Positions 26,430-41,106 of a stretch of DNA of 64,000 nucleotides are shown here, in pieces. Within the stretch, counting starts at the first letter, position 1; each line of letters starts with the position of its first letter. The translations under genes were made by a program, and so were the position numbers. Location: positions 393,204,001-393,268,000 of the forward strand of contig OZ024740.1 of assembly GCA_964016885.1 (NCBI GenBank), read 5' to 3'. The notes beneath the pieces were generated by a model, which was not told where the DNA came from, ran no database searches, and saw only the letters and a program-made list of their open reading frames with translations. This DNA is from Eledone cirrhosa (taxonomy: Eukaryota).

Positions 26430-27921
26430 AATCATCATCATCATCATCACCGTTTTACGTCCGTTCTTCCACGCTAGCATGGGTTAGACGGGTTGTCCTG
26501 TTGTGGGCAGTGTCTGGTCGGCTGACCATGCCTTGCTCATACAGGAACTGATTTGGCTTGGTTTCTACAGCTGGATGCCCTTCCTAACACCAACCTCATT
26601 TACAGTGAGTGCTGGGTACTTTTTTTCCGTGGCGCCTACACGTCCACTTTACAGTCTGGGCTGGGTGCTTTTTTTCCGTGGCACCTCCACGACCACCTTG
26701 CGGTGGAGGGCATGGGGCATATTGTCTATATGCTTCAGCTTGTACCCATGGGAGGTCGGGTACTCTGTATTACTGCGTGACGCCAGAAGTCACGGTCGTG
26801 TGTCATTGTCTTTGAGAGGTGTAATTGGGTAAGGTCGGCTTTTATCACCTCATCCCAGGTCATCTTGGGTCTCCCCACTCCGCGGTTTCCATCAACTTCT
26901 AGTGCTCTGCACCTTTTTATGCAGCTATCATCCTTCATACGCATCACATGTCCATACCAGCGCAACCACCTCTCCTGCACACAGCATTTGATTCCTCTTA
27001 TGCTCAGTCTCTCTCTCAATTCATTTATGCTTTGTCGTTGACGTATATTATTGTTACACATCCATCGGAGCATGCAGGCTTCGTTTCTCTCTAATCTACG
27101 TAAGTCTTCCACCTTCAGCGCCCAGGTCTCGCTACCATGCAACATCGCTGTTCGGATACACGCATCATACAGTCTGCCTTTCATTCTGAGGGAGAAGCCT
27201 TTTGCAGCTAGCAGTGGTAGTAGTTCCCTAAACTTCTTCCATCCCGTTCTTACCCTAGTTATTGCACTTTCTGAACACCCACCTCCGTTGCTAATTCGGT
27301 CACCTAGGTAGCAGAAGCTGTCAACTGTTTCTACAGGGCCCTCCCAGAGATTGGTGGTACTTGTTTCCTGTGGCTGTTTGCTGTCTCAGTCAGCACAGCT
27401 GCTGCATGTGAATCCTACATTCTTAATTAAGCTTCCTGAGATCCCGCTACATCTCTTGTGTACCCATTGTTTGCATTTGGGGCAGAGAATGGAGTTCCTA
27501 CCTACACCTTTCCTACATACTGAGCAAGGCCATTTCCCTGAGGGGATCTGGGTTCTGTTTTCTCGTCTACTTACAAGGACCTTAGTCTTTGTCATGTTGA
27601 CTTTGAGACCCTTTCTTTCTAGTCCCTGCTTCCAGGTTTGGAATTTATTCTCTAGTTCTACCATAGATTCAGCTATGAGTGCGAGGTCATCAGCATACAG
27701 GAGTTCCCATGGGCATCCGGTCTTAAACTCCTCCGTTATTGCCTGCAGGACTATGATGAACAGGAGAGGGCTAAGAACAGAGCCCTGGTGGACCCCAACC
27801 TGTACGCTAAATTCCTCGCTATACTCATTGCTAATCCTAACTTTGCTGACTGCTCCCCTATACATGGCTTGTACCGCTTTCACAAGCCATTAATCTACTC
27901 CTAGTTTTCTAAGAGCCCACC
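26430..27921 (-). mobile_element. 5'-truncated RTE-clade LINE, subfamily A, inserted in the left Penelope arm
   Basis: WALRKLG...GVHQGSVLSPLLF...LYADDL...GLKVNMTKTK-PHD-FCYLG...WYGHV, with an (ATC)n tail. 8-bp TSD CATTCCTT at 26422-26429 and 27922-27929; the right arm shows the empty site. Confidence 0.95.
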
Positions 27922-28289
27922 CATTCCTTGTGTTATTAAATAAAAATTCTTAGTATATATATATAAATATATAGGATTAACTTTCATGCATTCATGGCTG
28001 TTAAAATTATGCATATCTGCAATCAAAACTGCATGGGTGTACATGTACACACACAATTCACTAGCTATACATATATAAATATGTGTGTGCATCTTCACCC
28101 AATTGGTAGACACGCGTCACTCATGCATATATACAGACAGACATATAATCATAAAAAAGCATATAACACATGTATATGTATGTTAATACACATATATAGA
28201 TACATAGTCGTATAGAGATAAGTACATCAATATTTACATAGTACAATTGCGTATATAAAATACAAAAGGATTATATTTTGGAAATATAA

Positions 28290-28673
28290 TTATATCAATA
28301 TAACTTAAAAGACAAACGAATTCTACAAATATCAAAATATTAAAATATTTTAAAATATTATGGAATATCTTAAGTTAAAATAATATGTTTAATAGATTTA
28401 GTATAGAAATTTATCTTACGTATATTTTAATCAAGATATTGAAAGGATAAACTTTTGAAAATTATGAGCTATCAGAATAAAACCAGACCTAATAAAAAAT
28501 AAATAAAATATTATATCAATATATAACTTAAAAAACAAGGATTCTACAGATATCAAAATATTAAAATATTTTAAAATATTATAGAATATTTTAAGATAAA
28601 ATAATATGTTTAATATATTTAGTATAGAAATTTATCTTACGTATATTTTATTTAAGATATTGAAAGGATAAAC
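28290..28673. repeat. ~160-bp direct duplication within the Penelope 3' region
   Basis: TATATCAATATAACTTAAAA...GATATTGAAAGGATAAAC occurs at ~28290-28452 and ~28511-28673. Confidence 0.85.
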
Positions 28674-28821
28674 ATTTCTAGAGTAGTTTATTATATTTAT
28701 ATTTATATTTAGGAAGAAAATTTATACTTGAGTATTTAACCAAAGAAAATGAAAAAGGTGAAGGAATCTAATGATTTATCGACAGGTTTCATATATTAAC
28801 CAAATTACTTAATTAATTATA

Positions 28822-29895
28822 CTACATTTTAAATTTATATTTAAACGTTGAGTTCAATCTATGTCTGCAGCAACTGAATAAATTATTCCTTAAATTAAGG
28901 GAATTTTTGGTCTTTAATATAAAGAATATTTCCTCTATACAAAGATCACAATTTTCTGAAGAGGAATTAAAAGGAGTAGCTTTTGAAATAATATTCCAAA
29001 TCAGCGAATATTCAACATTATCTCGTTTTAGGTCCCATAATAGGTAGATAGCGAAGTTGAAGATTTTTTGTTTGGATCTGTAAAAAATTTTTTATGATTA
29101 ATGAAGCGGGATTTAAATTCTGTAGAGGTAGAACCGACATAATTAAATGAATTTAAATTAGTTTTAACATTACAATTATAAACTACATTTTTAGCTAAGC
29201 AGTTGTTATTTAACGGACAGTTGGATTTATTTCTACAGTTACAATTATTCGATTGAATATTGCTTGGGTTATTATTGGTATTTTGGTTAGGTTTTAAATT
29301 TCTATTATTAATTCTATTAATATTTTGCGCTAAATTTCTGGTGGAAGAGTAAGTTAATTTTATAGTATGTCTATTAAACATTGAGTAATATTTATGTGTT
29401 CTAGGGAAGCGTTTGTCAAGAGCTTTAAAGAATAGTTTAGCAATAGGGGTTTTAATATTTAGTGAGAAAGGAGGAGCGAACCATAATATATTCCTAGTTC
29501 TATTTCTTTTTCAGCTTTCGGAATTATTGTAATGTTTTCTATTATAGTTGTTAACATTGTTACCATAATTAAAGTTGTTATTATTTTGGTTAGTTTGTTT
29601 ATTATTATTATTATCGATGTATTTAATTTTATTTCTATACCCAGCTCTACCTAACGCTTCGTTGTAATAATGCGCTTTTTCATCAAATATATTCTTATTA
29701 GATGAAATTCTTGAAATTCGTTATTGAACAGAGTTCACTATAGTATTTTTAACGGATCTGGGGGTGATTAGAGTTAAAATTGACATAATTTAAGTTCTCA
29801 TTTAGTTTGTGAAATGGATAATGAAGACGTGTTTAGATTTAGTGTTACATCTAGAAAATTGACTATTTTATGGTTATTCTCTATTTCTACTTTTT
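28822..29895 (-). pseudogene. Penelope-like RT C-terminus plus GIY-YIG endonuclease (disrupted)
   Basis: IVNFLDVTLNL (RT motif 7), RNILWFAPPFSLNIKT...FNRHTIKLTYSS, CNCRNKSNCPLNNNC, VVYNC...YVGST...FKSRFINH, CDLCIEE...NLRNNLFSCCRHR, ending at TAG 28822-28824. Several stops and frameshifts. Confidence 0.88.
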
Positions 29896-31084
29896 ATACT
29901 AAATCTATTAAACATGATTCTCTATTTCTACTTTTTATACTAAATCTATTAAACATATTATTTTAACTTAAGATATTCCATAATATTTTAAAATATTTTA
30001 ATATTTTGAAATTTGTAGAATTCGTTTGTCTTTTAAGTTATATTGATATAATTATATTTCCAAAATATAATCCTTTTGTATTTTATATACTCAATTGTAC
30101 TATGTAAATATTGATGTACTTATCTCTATACGACTATGTATCTATATATGTGTATTAACATACATATACATGTGTTATATGCTTTTTTATGATTATATGT
30201 CTGTCTGTATATATGCATGAGTGACGCGTGTCTACCAATTGGGTGAAGATGCACACACATATTTATATATGTATAGCTAGTGAATTGTGTGTGTACATGT
30301 ACATGCTTACCCATGCAGTCTTGATTGCAGATATGCATGATTTTAACAGCCATGAATGCATGAAAGTTAATCCTATATATTTATATATATATACTAAGAA
30401 TTTTTATTTAATAACACAAGGAATGTATAGCAGTAATAAAAAAAATCACTTATGCTTTGTATGTATATATTATATGCGGAAGTAGATATAATGTGTATTT
30501 TCTGAGTGTGTGTGTATATATATATTTATGTATCTTTGCCTATATGTATGTGCTATACGATAGGTAATTTCTCTAGCAATATATATATTTTGTGATGTTT
30601 AAATTCCAATTTTTAATATATTGATCTCAATTTTTAAACTAAATATCTAATCATAATTAAACAATGATTAATTTCTCATATTATATACGTATATTCCATT
30701 CATGAATATTCATATTTCTAATTTTATTTATTCATTTCATCTGAATTGTTAACTCAACTTAACATGACTTAAGGTTTTCGTTCTCTCCCCCTCTCTCTAT
30801 CTCTATATTTCTCTCTCTTGAGTTTTTTCTCTCTGTCGGATGGTTAGATATCTCTCTGTTGCTTTCCTCTGTTTTCTTTTTTTCTTTGTTCTTTCCTCTT
30901 TTTCCTTATTTATCTCTCCCTTTCTTTTCACCACGTTTCTCTCTCTCTCTCTCTCTCTCCGTCTTTTTACTTATCCTTAACACTATGATTTAATAAAATA
31001 AACAAACCACTATCCTGATGTCTTCCAAAAGTAACGGTCGCATTTTGAAAGGGTACGTCAATGTTTATTTATAAAACTGGTATA

Positions 31085-31160
31085 TATTGTATTTTGTCTG
31101 ATGAAGGCATACCATAATTTAACTTGGTATCCTTGAAATATGTATAATGAAATAAATATG
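31085..31160 (+). ncRNA. Hammerhead-like core in the Penelope arm (mirror copy at ~25685-25760 on the minus strand)
   Basis: CTGATGA AGG(C)ATACCA...TGGTATCCTT GAAA TATGTA. Helix II is good, helix III is minimal and helix I pairing is poor. Confidence 0.45.
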
Positions 31161-31209
31161 GTTTTATAAATAAAGCTTCCATTTGTTAATATCATATATA
31201 TATATATAT

Positions 31210-32812
<1,603 letters not shown>

Positions 32813-32835
32813 TAGAAGGGGTATTTAATTTGTTG

Positions 32836-32960
32836 GAAGGCGTGTGGCTGAGTGGTTAGAGAATTGGATTCGCAATCGTAAGGTTGTGAGTTCGATTCCT
32901 GGACCAGGTGATGCGTTATGTCCTTGAGCAAGACACTTTATTTCACGTTGCTCCTTCTAC
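32836..32960 (+). mobile_element. tRNA-derived SINE (second family)
   Basis: TGGCTGAGTGG A box, GAGTTCGATTCC B box, then TCCTTGAGCAAGACACTTTATTTCAC. Confidence 0.8.
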
Positions 32961-33299
32961 CTGGAGTTGCGACTGATAGATAGTATTAGCAATTGGAAAG
33001 ACCAACGGAAACATTGTTCCCTCGGTCCGATTTGACGAAAGTCGATCGTTCCTTATATATATATATATATATACATACATACATATATATATACATACAT
33101 ATATACATACATACATATACACATACATACATACATTTCATTTCATTTTCATTTTCAGTCCGCTTTTTCCCTGACGGGAACTGATTCTGGCTTGATTTCT
33201 ACAGCTGGATGCCCTTCCTAACACCAACCTCATTTACAGTGAGTGCTGGGTGCCTTTTTGCCGTGGCACCTCCACGACCACTTTGCAGTGGAATGATAT

Positions 33300-33460
33300 G
33301 GACCCCAGTCCCTATCATCTCATTCTACAGCTGAGTAAACTGGAGCAATGTGAAATAAAGTGTCTTGCTCAAGGAAACAACACATCACCCGGTCTGAGAA
33401 TTGAACTCACAACCTTTCGATTGCAAGGCCAATGCTCTAACCACTAAGCCATGTGCCTCC
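33300..33460 (-). mobile_element. tRNA-derived SINE (second family), inverted relative to 32836
   Basis: GTGAAATAAAGTGTCTTGCTCAAGGA...GAATTGAACTCACAACC...CTAACCACTAAGCCA. Confidence 0.8.
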
Positions 33461-33890
33461 ATCATATATATACATATATACATACATATACATATATACA
33501 TACATACATATATACATACATATATATACATATATACATATATACATACATACATATATATATATATATACCTATATACATATGGTGGCTGCCAACTCGT
33601 TTTTGAGTACGGCCACTACTTTATATCCATGTAGGAGAACCCCTACCGATGCGCTGAACGAGTGTGACTTTTTAGTCCAGCCAGCGACTTGAAAACTCTG
33701 GTACAAACACTACACTTGTGACAATTATTGACACATAGTGCTGGGCCCATGGTACCATGTGATGACAAGTGCAGAGAGATCTCCAGATATAAAGCAATGC
33801 CTGTGCCGTGAAGCTTTTATAGTGAGCAAAGGCACAGCACAAAGCCAGTCCCACTCTCTTAACCAAGATGATATTTACCAAAATACATAC

Positions 33891-33927
<37 letters not shown>

Positions 33928-34056
33928 CATATGCATATATATATATATATACATACACACACATATATATATATATACATACACATATATATATATATAT
34001 ACATACACATATATATATATATATACATACACACATATATATATATATATATACAT

Positions 34057-34105
<49 letters not shown>

Positions 34106-34630
34106 CCACCTGGTTGTGGTGGGGCTCATAACATTAAAACTAAATGTGTCTTTAAAAGTTTGTTGCAGCGATATTCGGCAGTGTGACTAGTAGTTTTTTT
34201 GGTAGGTGATCACTGCTGAAGGTACCCTCGGTTGAACAGGGATGTTGCGATTAGAAATAAGCAGTAACTTAACCACTACCATGCTAGTTGGTACATCGAT
34301 CTCCACCAGTCAATCGACCCTCTGAATGGATCGTAAAACAATGAACTAACTACCTACCTACACCTGACTTCTGTTTTTTTATTGTTCTATGCACACACAC
34401 ACACACACACACACAGATATATATATATATATATATTTCATTCTCACAAGCTCTGATGAATTGATTGGTTACAACTATGTATTGGTGATCGAATGACGTG
34501 AAAACAAGTGGGTAGCGATCTCTAGACCTACCAGTTCAGAGAAACAATTGTACAATTGTCAGCAATGAGACTAAAAACCTTTTTTGTATAGCAAACCGTG
34601 TCACTCTTCTTTCCTGATTATATATATGTA

Positions 34631-34671
<41 letters not shown>

Positions 34672-35949
34672 TGCAATTGTGAACAATAGTATTGTCTGTT
34701 AGAAGTTTCCAATGGCTCAGTCATAGGTTTATTGCTTTTCTAATGGTGAAAGGGTTGCTTAACTGGTGCGAGTACTTTCATTCCTAAAGCATATTTTTTT
34801 CTGCTTTTCCTGCTGGTGGTTATATTCTTTAATGATATAAAATTGTGAAAGATATATATATAAACAAACACACACACACACACACATACATGCACACTGG
34901 AAGAAAGAACACTCATTAGTGAAGGTAGATTTAAATTATTTATTCCACTGAACAAGATCTGACTGAGGCCAAGATTACTGACAGAGGTAAAGATCTCTTG
35001 TTGTTTGAGGGTTGCTAACAATAACCACTAAGATCTGTTTTCTTTCTCTAAATAGGAATTTTTATCATCAAATGCAAAATTCGTGCAATTAGAGCAATTG
35101 AGTTATTCCTTTTAGTTCATTCTTTTTTCTTGACAATCAGCTGACATGTTAAACACACTGAAGCAAACCAGCAATAAATTGCAGATTTTGTTTGTTTGCT
35201 TCTCTCTCTCTCCACCTCTCTTTTCTTACCTATCATGACAAAGGGTCATAAAGTACACAACCAACAATTAAAAGTTTAAGATTACTATATATATATATAT
35301 ATATATATGTATGTTTACAATCAACTCTTTACCCCTTTCAATCTCCTTAATGAGTTAGCTACCTAGCTTAGAGCTTGACATCCACTTAATCCAGTGTTTA
35401 ACTAACAGTGTCCTTCTCTGTCTCCCTTTTCACCATAATGTGTCAGTTAAAACAAGAACATCTTAAAATCTTTTAATCAAATACTTTTTACTTTTGCCAA
35501 TTGACAGATAGGTTGGCTATCACCTCTCCTCTAACCACAAAAAATATAAACAAATAAATAAATAAACAACAAATTAAAAATATATTACAAAAACATTCAC
35601 ACCTTTAAAACACTTTAACAAACACAAACAAATAAACAAACTTCCTTAAAACCAATAATGTTAGCTTGAAAACAGGAAAAATAACTCCTACCCCTACACT
35701 TACAACAAAACTGACTTTAAAAGTATATAAAAATAAACATTTCATCTCATAAAGAAACCTAACAATAGTAAAACATACATAATTAAGTTTCATACTAATC
35801 TATTTGTTAAAGCTAAAGTGTAAGTATCAATGTCAATTGTGACATTCATGATGATGGTGATGATAATGAGAGATTGGTGAGGCTGATGAGAGTACTGTTG
35901 TTATTTAGCCACAGGTCAGTCAGTCCTGATGAAATAGATCTATTATTAA

Positions 35950-36555
35950 CACTTCTGTTACCATATTTCAAATGAAATACACTATGTGCTTCAATTAATT
36001 TTGAAAATAATCAAATATTTAAAGGAATTTAATCAAATAATTATTCCTTCATTAGTAAGCTGATATTTAAAGCATTTCTAATCACTAATAATATTTTCCC
36101 CTAGTAAGCATAGTAGGCAAATTTTGACATGTTTCTGTTTTATTCTGACATTTTAATGAATCATAGATTACTAAACTTGTGGAAGTAATTATGAAAGAAT
36201 CACTACGTAAATGTACTGGCTGATGTAGGGAAAATAGAATTGTTTAGAAATGAAATATTTAAAGTAATACTGGTGGTGATGGTGAGGTAACTTATAGATT
36301 AGGTTGAACATCAGTGCCAGTGCAACATTGTATCAAGATGAGAGTCAATCCTTAAGAATTAGTGATAAGTATCAATACATCTTTTCTTTTGATACCATTA
36401 AAATCTTTCAGTATAATTTTATAAAAGAACCGTATTTTAAGTTACTATCTTAGTAAAGAAATGATTAAAAATTTTAATAAATTCCTCCAAATTTTATTAT
36501 TCATCAATTAATTGAAAAAGTGACTTAAAAAATTAAAAATATGGTACCGAAAGGG
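35950..36555. mobile_element. piggyBac-like non-autonomous element (MITE) with long imperfect TIRs
   Basis: TTAA|CACTTCTGTTACCATATT ... AATATGGTACCGAAAGGG|TTAA. Internal inverted similarity continues for more than 100 bp (AATTAATT...GGAATTTA). Confidence 0.65.
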
Positions 36556-36634
36556 TTAAAAGTGTGTTATTTTTCAAGCTCTTTCTCCACTAGTTTACCA
36601 CTACACTTCTCACTCTGAATGATAAAACCCAAAT

Positions 36635-36945
36635 TCTCCATTCACATTATACCAAATCTATGGCCTCCAAATACCTGATCCACCAGAACTCAGCTATTTC
36701 AAATATTGCTAAGTTCAATACCTTGATAGTGGACCTGGTAAGGGTGATGAGAAATGTGTCCCATGTGTGCCATCCAACAGGGTTAAAGAGACACATACAG
36801 CACTTTATTCACCACATGCAGTTCTCTGGTTATAACCAAAGAGGCAGGATCAAAGTGTATAAAGGAGTCATGGCTAAATTCAAACCTATACAGGAGCAAA
36901 TCATGGAATACTAAAGAAAGGACTAAGAAAAAAATAGGGAAGACT
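36635..36945 (+). pseudogene. Penelope-like RT thumb fragment
   Basis: HSHYTKSMASKYLIHQNSAISNIAKFNTLIVDLVRVMRNVS...HMQFSGY resembles the PLE post-RT helical region (Y.K....Y....S.....K......R......GY). Confidence 0.55.
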
Positions 36946-38814
36946 GGCTTCAGATTTGTTTGACTGAGGTTGACCTGGGACAAAATAAAAACACAATCAT
37001 TTAATTTTAGAGTGCAATATTTGGACCAGACTACCGCCCTGCCAGCATTTTCTTTCATAGAAAATGCTGGCTTTGATCTAGAGATGTTGAAGCTATGCTT
37101 CAGCCACATCAATCCTAACAGTCTGGAAGGATCTGGGCATTGCCCTACTCTTTCTGACAAATAGACCTATGAACAAAGGTGTTTCAGTTATAACCATCTT
37201 GTCTCTTTTATCAGACATTAATATCCATTGTAGTCTTCTTTCTCTTTAATCAGCAGTGTGTAATTTGTATTACTAAGCATGGTTGAAATGAAAAAAATGT
37301 CCATAACTCTTATGTAGAGCATAAATAACTTCACATAAATCAAATTCATATGTTTTGGTTATTGTTTTATTTATGTTTGTCATTAGCATCAACAGACAAC
37401 CTTTTATCACTATTCAAAATAAGTATTAAGAAGACAAAATCTATTTTATTTAATGTATAATTTCAAAACCTTTCTTTCATTCCCCTCCTACAATGTAACA
37501 AAAAGAAACAGACAACAAAATCAATGCTGCCATACTCAATGTTTTTCTTCAATAAATTATGACATATAAACTTCACAAAAAATAATTTCTCTTCTAAGCT
37601 ATATCCAGAATGAACTACATAGATCTAAAAGCCTTTTCACTAGCTAAACAACTTCTGCTTATATCTACTGTTCTCTCTTAATTGCCCACTCTCTTTACTC
37701 TGGCATCTTTCAATGAACTACAATATTCATCTCTCTCTCTCCCCTTCAATGACCTTATCTCAATTAACACTAACCCACTCCCATGCCAATAACACTGCCT
37801 ATGTATCAGTCTATACATAACAAAAGAAATTATACACAGGCATCCATTTGTTTCAATGCTAAGCAACAGTTAATTAGCATTCTTGATCTACGTCTATTCT
37901 GTTTAGGATTGATTGCTACCTAGAAGTACATTTTCACTCAGTTCTCATTAACCATTCTCAACACCTGAATTGTTTCTATTATAACGAGAACCTTATACAT
38001 GTTTAATCAGTTACATATATTATTTTAGTTCATTCAGTCCATCGTTTCAGTTCAGAATATCTAGTAGATCATAGTGGGGTTTATTTGTCTCTTGCCTTTT
38101 TTTCTATTTATATTTAACTATCTTTCAGTTGCAATCATTCTTTCAATATACAAATGTCAATATATCTTTCCTCATTATCACCTATTGACAAGAAAGAAGA
38201 CTAACAAATATAGTGTGTTTAACTAAATGATTCATAGTGTTTTGTTCTGTCTCTTTTCGTGAGTTGAATTTTGTTAAAATGGGGGGCTCATTCTGGTTTT
38301 CCTTTGCTATACATCAACAATATGACTGTAGGAAAATACTCCAGGGAAGCATTCTGCATATTATGAACGATTGTGGTTGGATTTCACAATGTAACAGAGT
38401 GAGCTGAAAAACATCAGTCAACTGTAATTAGTAGAAAAAATAAAAAACAACTCCTCTTGAGGTGTATAAAATCTCAAAGCAACAAGGGAGAGATAACTCT
38501 AATAAGGTTAGTTAAAATGGTGTATAAAGAGCAGATTGGATCAACTGCACCCTTGACAAATACGTCATATTGTGGCAATGAAAGACATCCTTATTACTCC
38601 TTAAAATTAAGATACAAGGTCTACAAATCATTCTACATATTTTGGATTTATCATAAAGCTGCTAAGTGACAGATGAATAGATTGATGAGAAGTTTTTTTT
38701 CATTCTTCCTCTCATTACACAAGAAATGTCTTTCCAAGAATAAAGAAATACTAAAGCTTCATATTACCTTTCCCTCTAAATTTGAAAGTTTCAAAACCAA
38801 TGAAGAAACCATTA

Positions 38815-38992
38815 TACAGTATCAGTAGAGGGTCAGGCGCCATGCTTTCTAGCATAGTTACGTCCCTTTACGATCTGAGTTCAAATCCCGCCGAGGTTAA
38901 CTTTGCCTTTCATCCTTACGGGGTCGATAAAATAAAGTACCAGTAATGTACTGAGTAATTGCTGGTCTTGTGCCAAAAGTAGAAACAATTAT
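38815..38992 (+). mobile_element. Meta-like SINE (slightly 5'-truncated)
   Basis: B box GAGTTCAAATCCC, core and GTAGAAACAATTAT tail. Confidence 0.85.
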
Positions 38993-40069
38993 ATTAAAAT
39001 CATTTCTTTTTGTTTTTGTTTATTGGCTTTATTTCTTACCAAACTGATTAAATGGCAGGTACTACTGCATACATATATTCCAAATTAAGAATATAGATAT
39101 TATTCACCATGTAAGATCATACACTTTTAGCCAGGAGAGCTTGGTGAAATAATGATTCCTTATAATAATACAATATTTATTAACAACTTTTATTATTTTC
39201 TTAGATATAATTTTTCTTTACTCCTGGTCATTAATAATGTTTTATAAACTCATATGAGAATATTTTGGACATGTAGCACTATTTCTATAGTCTACAGCAA
39301 GAGAGGAATGTTTAAACTTCCATTTTTCCTGCTAACAAAAATTATAAACTAAGTCAATACTTAATTGGAGCAACTGATTTCTCAGTTGGTATGAAGGCCT
39401 GCTTCTTGTTGACATATGTTCCAGCATTCTACAAAGTACACCGGGTGATTTTACTGTGGCACCACTAGGAATGTTGTCATGTCATCAACATAGCTCAAGA
39501 GTCCACCAGGCCCTTTTTTTGGCAGGTTTTCTATGGCTGGATGCCTTTCCTATCACCAACCACTTTACAGAGTGTACTAGATGCTGTTATTGTATAGATA
39601 ATCAACACAAGAGAACCTGCTGTGCTATTCACACAACTGAAGAGTTCTCTTGACCCTTTCTTGCATACTAAAAGGATTCCCTATATGCTGTCTCATTAAT
39701 GTGCACTAACTTTACACTGTTATGTAGCATTATACTCTCGGATCTAAAATGATAACGGGTGGGGTGGAATACGTGAGGAGTGTGTGTGGAAAATCGATAT
39801 TTTTTCTACGTTGTCTCCATTGATTTTTTAAAAACCAGAATTAGTTGTTTAGTTTACATATTGAGACCCCCAACCCTTCCTATTTATTTTATAATGTATG
39901 GGATTTCTTTTAATGTTCATTTTTGGTCATGTATAATGTTTTTTAATGTCTACAGAAAATTAATTATCACAGGGATGCTACCACTTAAAATAAAATTTCG
40001 CCAGAGATAAATTAGCAAAATTTAATAAGCTATGAGAGGAGGGTGCGGGGATGATTATTTGAGACCCAA

Positions 40070-40640
40070 GAGTAATATGCATACAAACATCATACAATCT
40101 ATCCTTCATTCTGAGAGAGCAGCTCTTTGTTGTCAGACGATGTATCAGCTCCCTAAATTCCTTCCAGCTTGTTATTACTCTGGGTATCACACTTTTAGAG
40201 CACCTTCACCCATTGCTGATTAAGTAACAAAACTGCCAACAACTTTAGGGAGTCTCCACATTTTCCTTTCATGCCTGGAATTTTGCCTTTAACTCTCCCA
40301 TGGATTCAGCTATAATGACTAGATCATTCACATACAGGAGATCCCATGCCACTGAATGAAATAAATTCTGTCAAATGCCTGGATGTCTCATAGAAGTAGT
40401 TGATAGATTATGTTATCTAGGTGAATTAATCAACAGTGGAAGCGGTTTTCATTGTAGCCAGACCAAGATTGGGGTGAAAAAGTTCAGTAAGCTATTACTA
40501 CTGCTGTCTATAGAAGGTTTTTCTTCCTGAGTGGAAAATAAATTGTATGATGCTTGTACATGAAATGTGATAATACATTTTAGGAAAACATAGGCAGAAG
40601 ATGTGTGAAGCCTGGAAAGAAGCAAGTATGGTATCTGGAT
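40070..40640. mobile_element. Highly degraded RTE fragments in both orientations
   Basis: Minus strand WKEFRELI..L.TK..SLRMKDRLYD at 40070-40230; plus strand YLGELINSG...KKFSKLL...LYDAC at 40410-40640. Confidence 0.6.
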
Positions 40641-40644
40641 ATAC

Positions 40645-40830
40645 AATTGTTTCTACTTTTGGCACAAGGCCAGCAATTACCCAGTGCATTACTGGTACTT
40701 TATTTTATCGACCCCATAAGGATGAAAGGCAAAGTTAACCTTGGCGGGATTTGAACTCAGAATGGCAAGGCAAGGGCCACAACTCTATGTGTCAAAGCAT
40801 GGCGCCAGACCCTCTACCGATACTGCCAAT
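40645..40830 (-). mobile_element. Meta-like SINE
   Basis: Reverse complement of the head, B box and core; near-identical to 46775-46965. Confidence 0.85.
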
Positions 40831-41106
40831 GAATGATAGAGCACAAATAAACTGAGAAAATAAAGTGTGTATAAAAGGAATCAGCTGTATTGTGCAAGAG
40901 AGGTAACTGCTCTGGTATGTGCATATGATGTCTATGAAATATTGTAATTGGGTAAAGAAGGAGTAAATAATCCATGTAGAACAAACCTAAGAAAGAGAAA
41001 GAGAAATTGGTAGAAGTAATGAAGAGTAATTTCAATTGACAGAACTTCATGATGGGAATAGCAGAGAATCACAAGTAGTAAGACACAATACTGGAAAGAT
41101 CTATAC

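Larger units (their letters stand above)
25645..31199 (-). mobile_element. Penelope-like element: 5'-truncated ORF flanked by ~1.26-kb inverted arms
   Basis: The left arm 25645-28405 (excluding the RTE insert) is the reverse complement of 29936-31199. The central minus-strand ORF remnant encodes an RT thumb and a GIY-YIG endonuclease. A hammerhead-like core lies near both outer ends. Confidence 0.85.

Noticed and set aside
27051-27893. Plus-strand ORFs opposite the RTE (also 32003-32815, 49468-50499, 9979-10314)
   Set aside because: These are antisense shadows of the RT frame, recurring only because the copies are homologous.
32836-32912. tRNA gene
   Set aside because: A and B boxes are present, but there is no proper acceptor stem and the sequence continues into a SINE body seen elsewhere in the window.
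34450-34520. CTGATGA...GAAA hammerhead candidate (and CTGAGGA...GAAAC at ~44156)
   Set aside because: No convincing helix I or III, and no NUH triplet.
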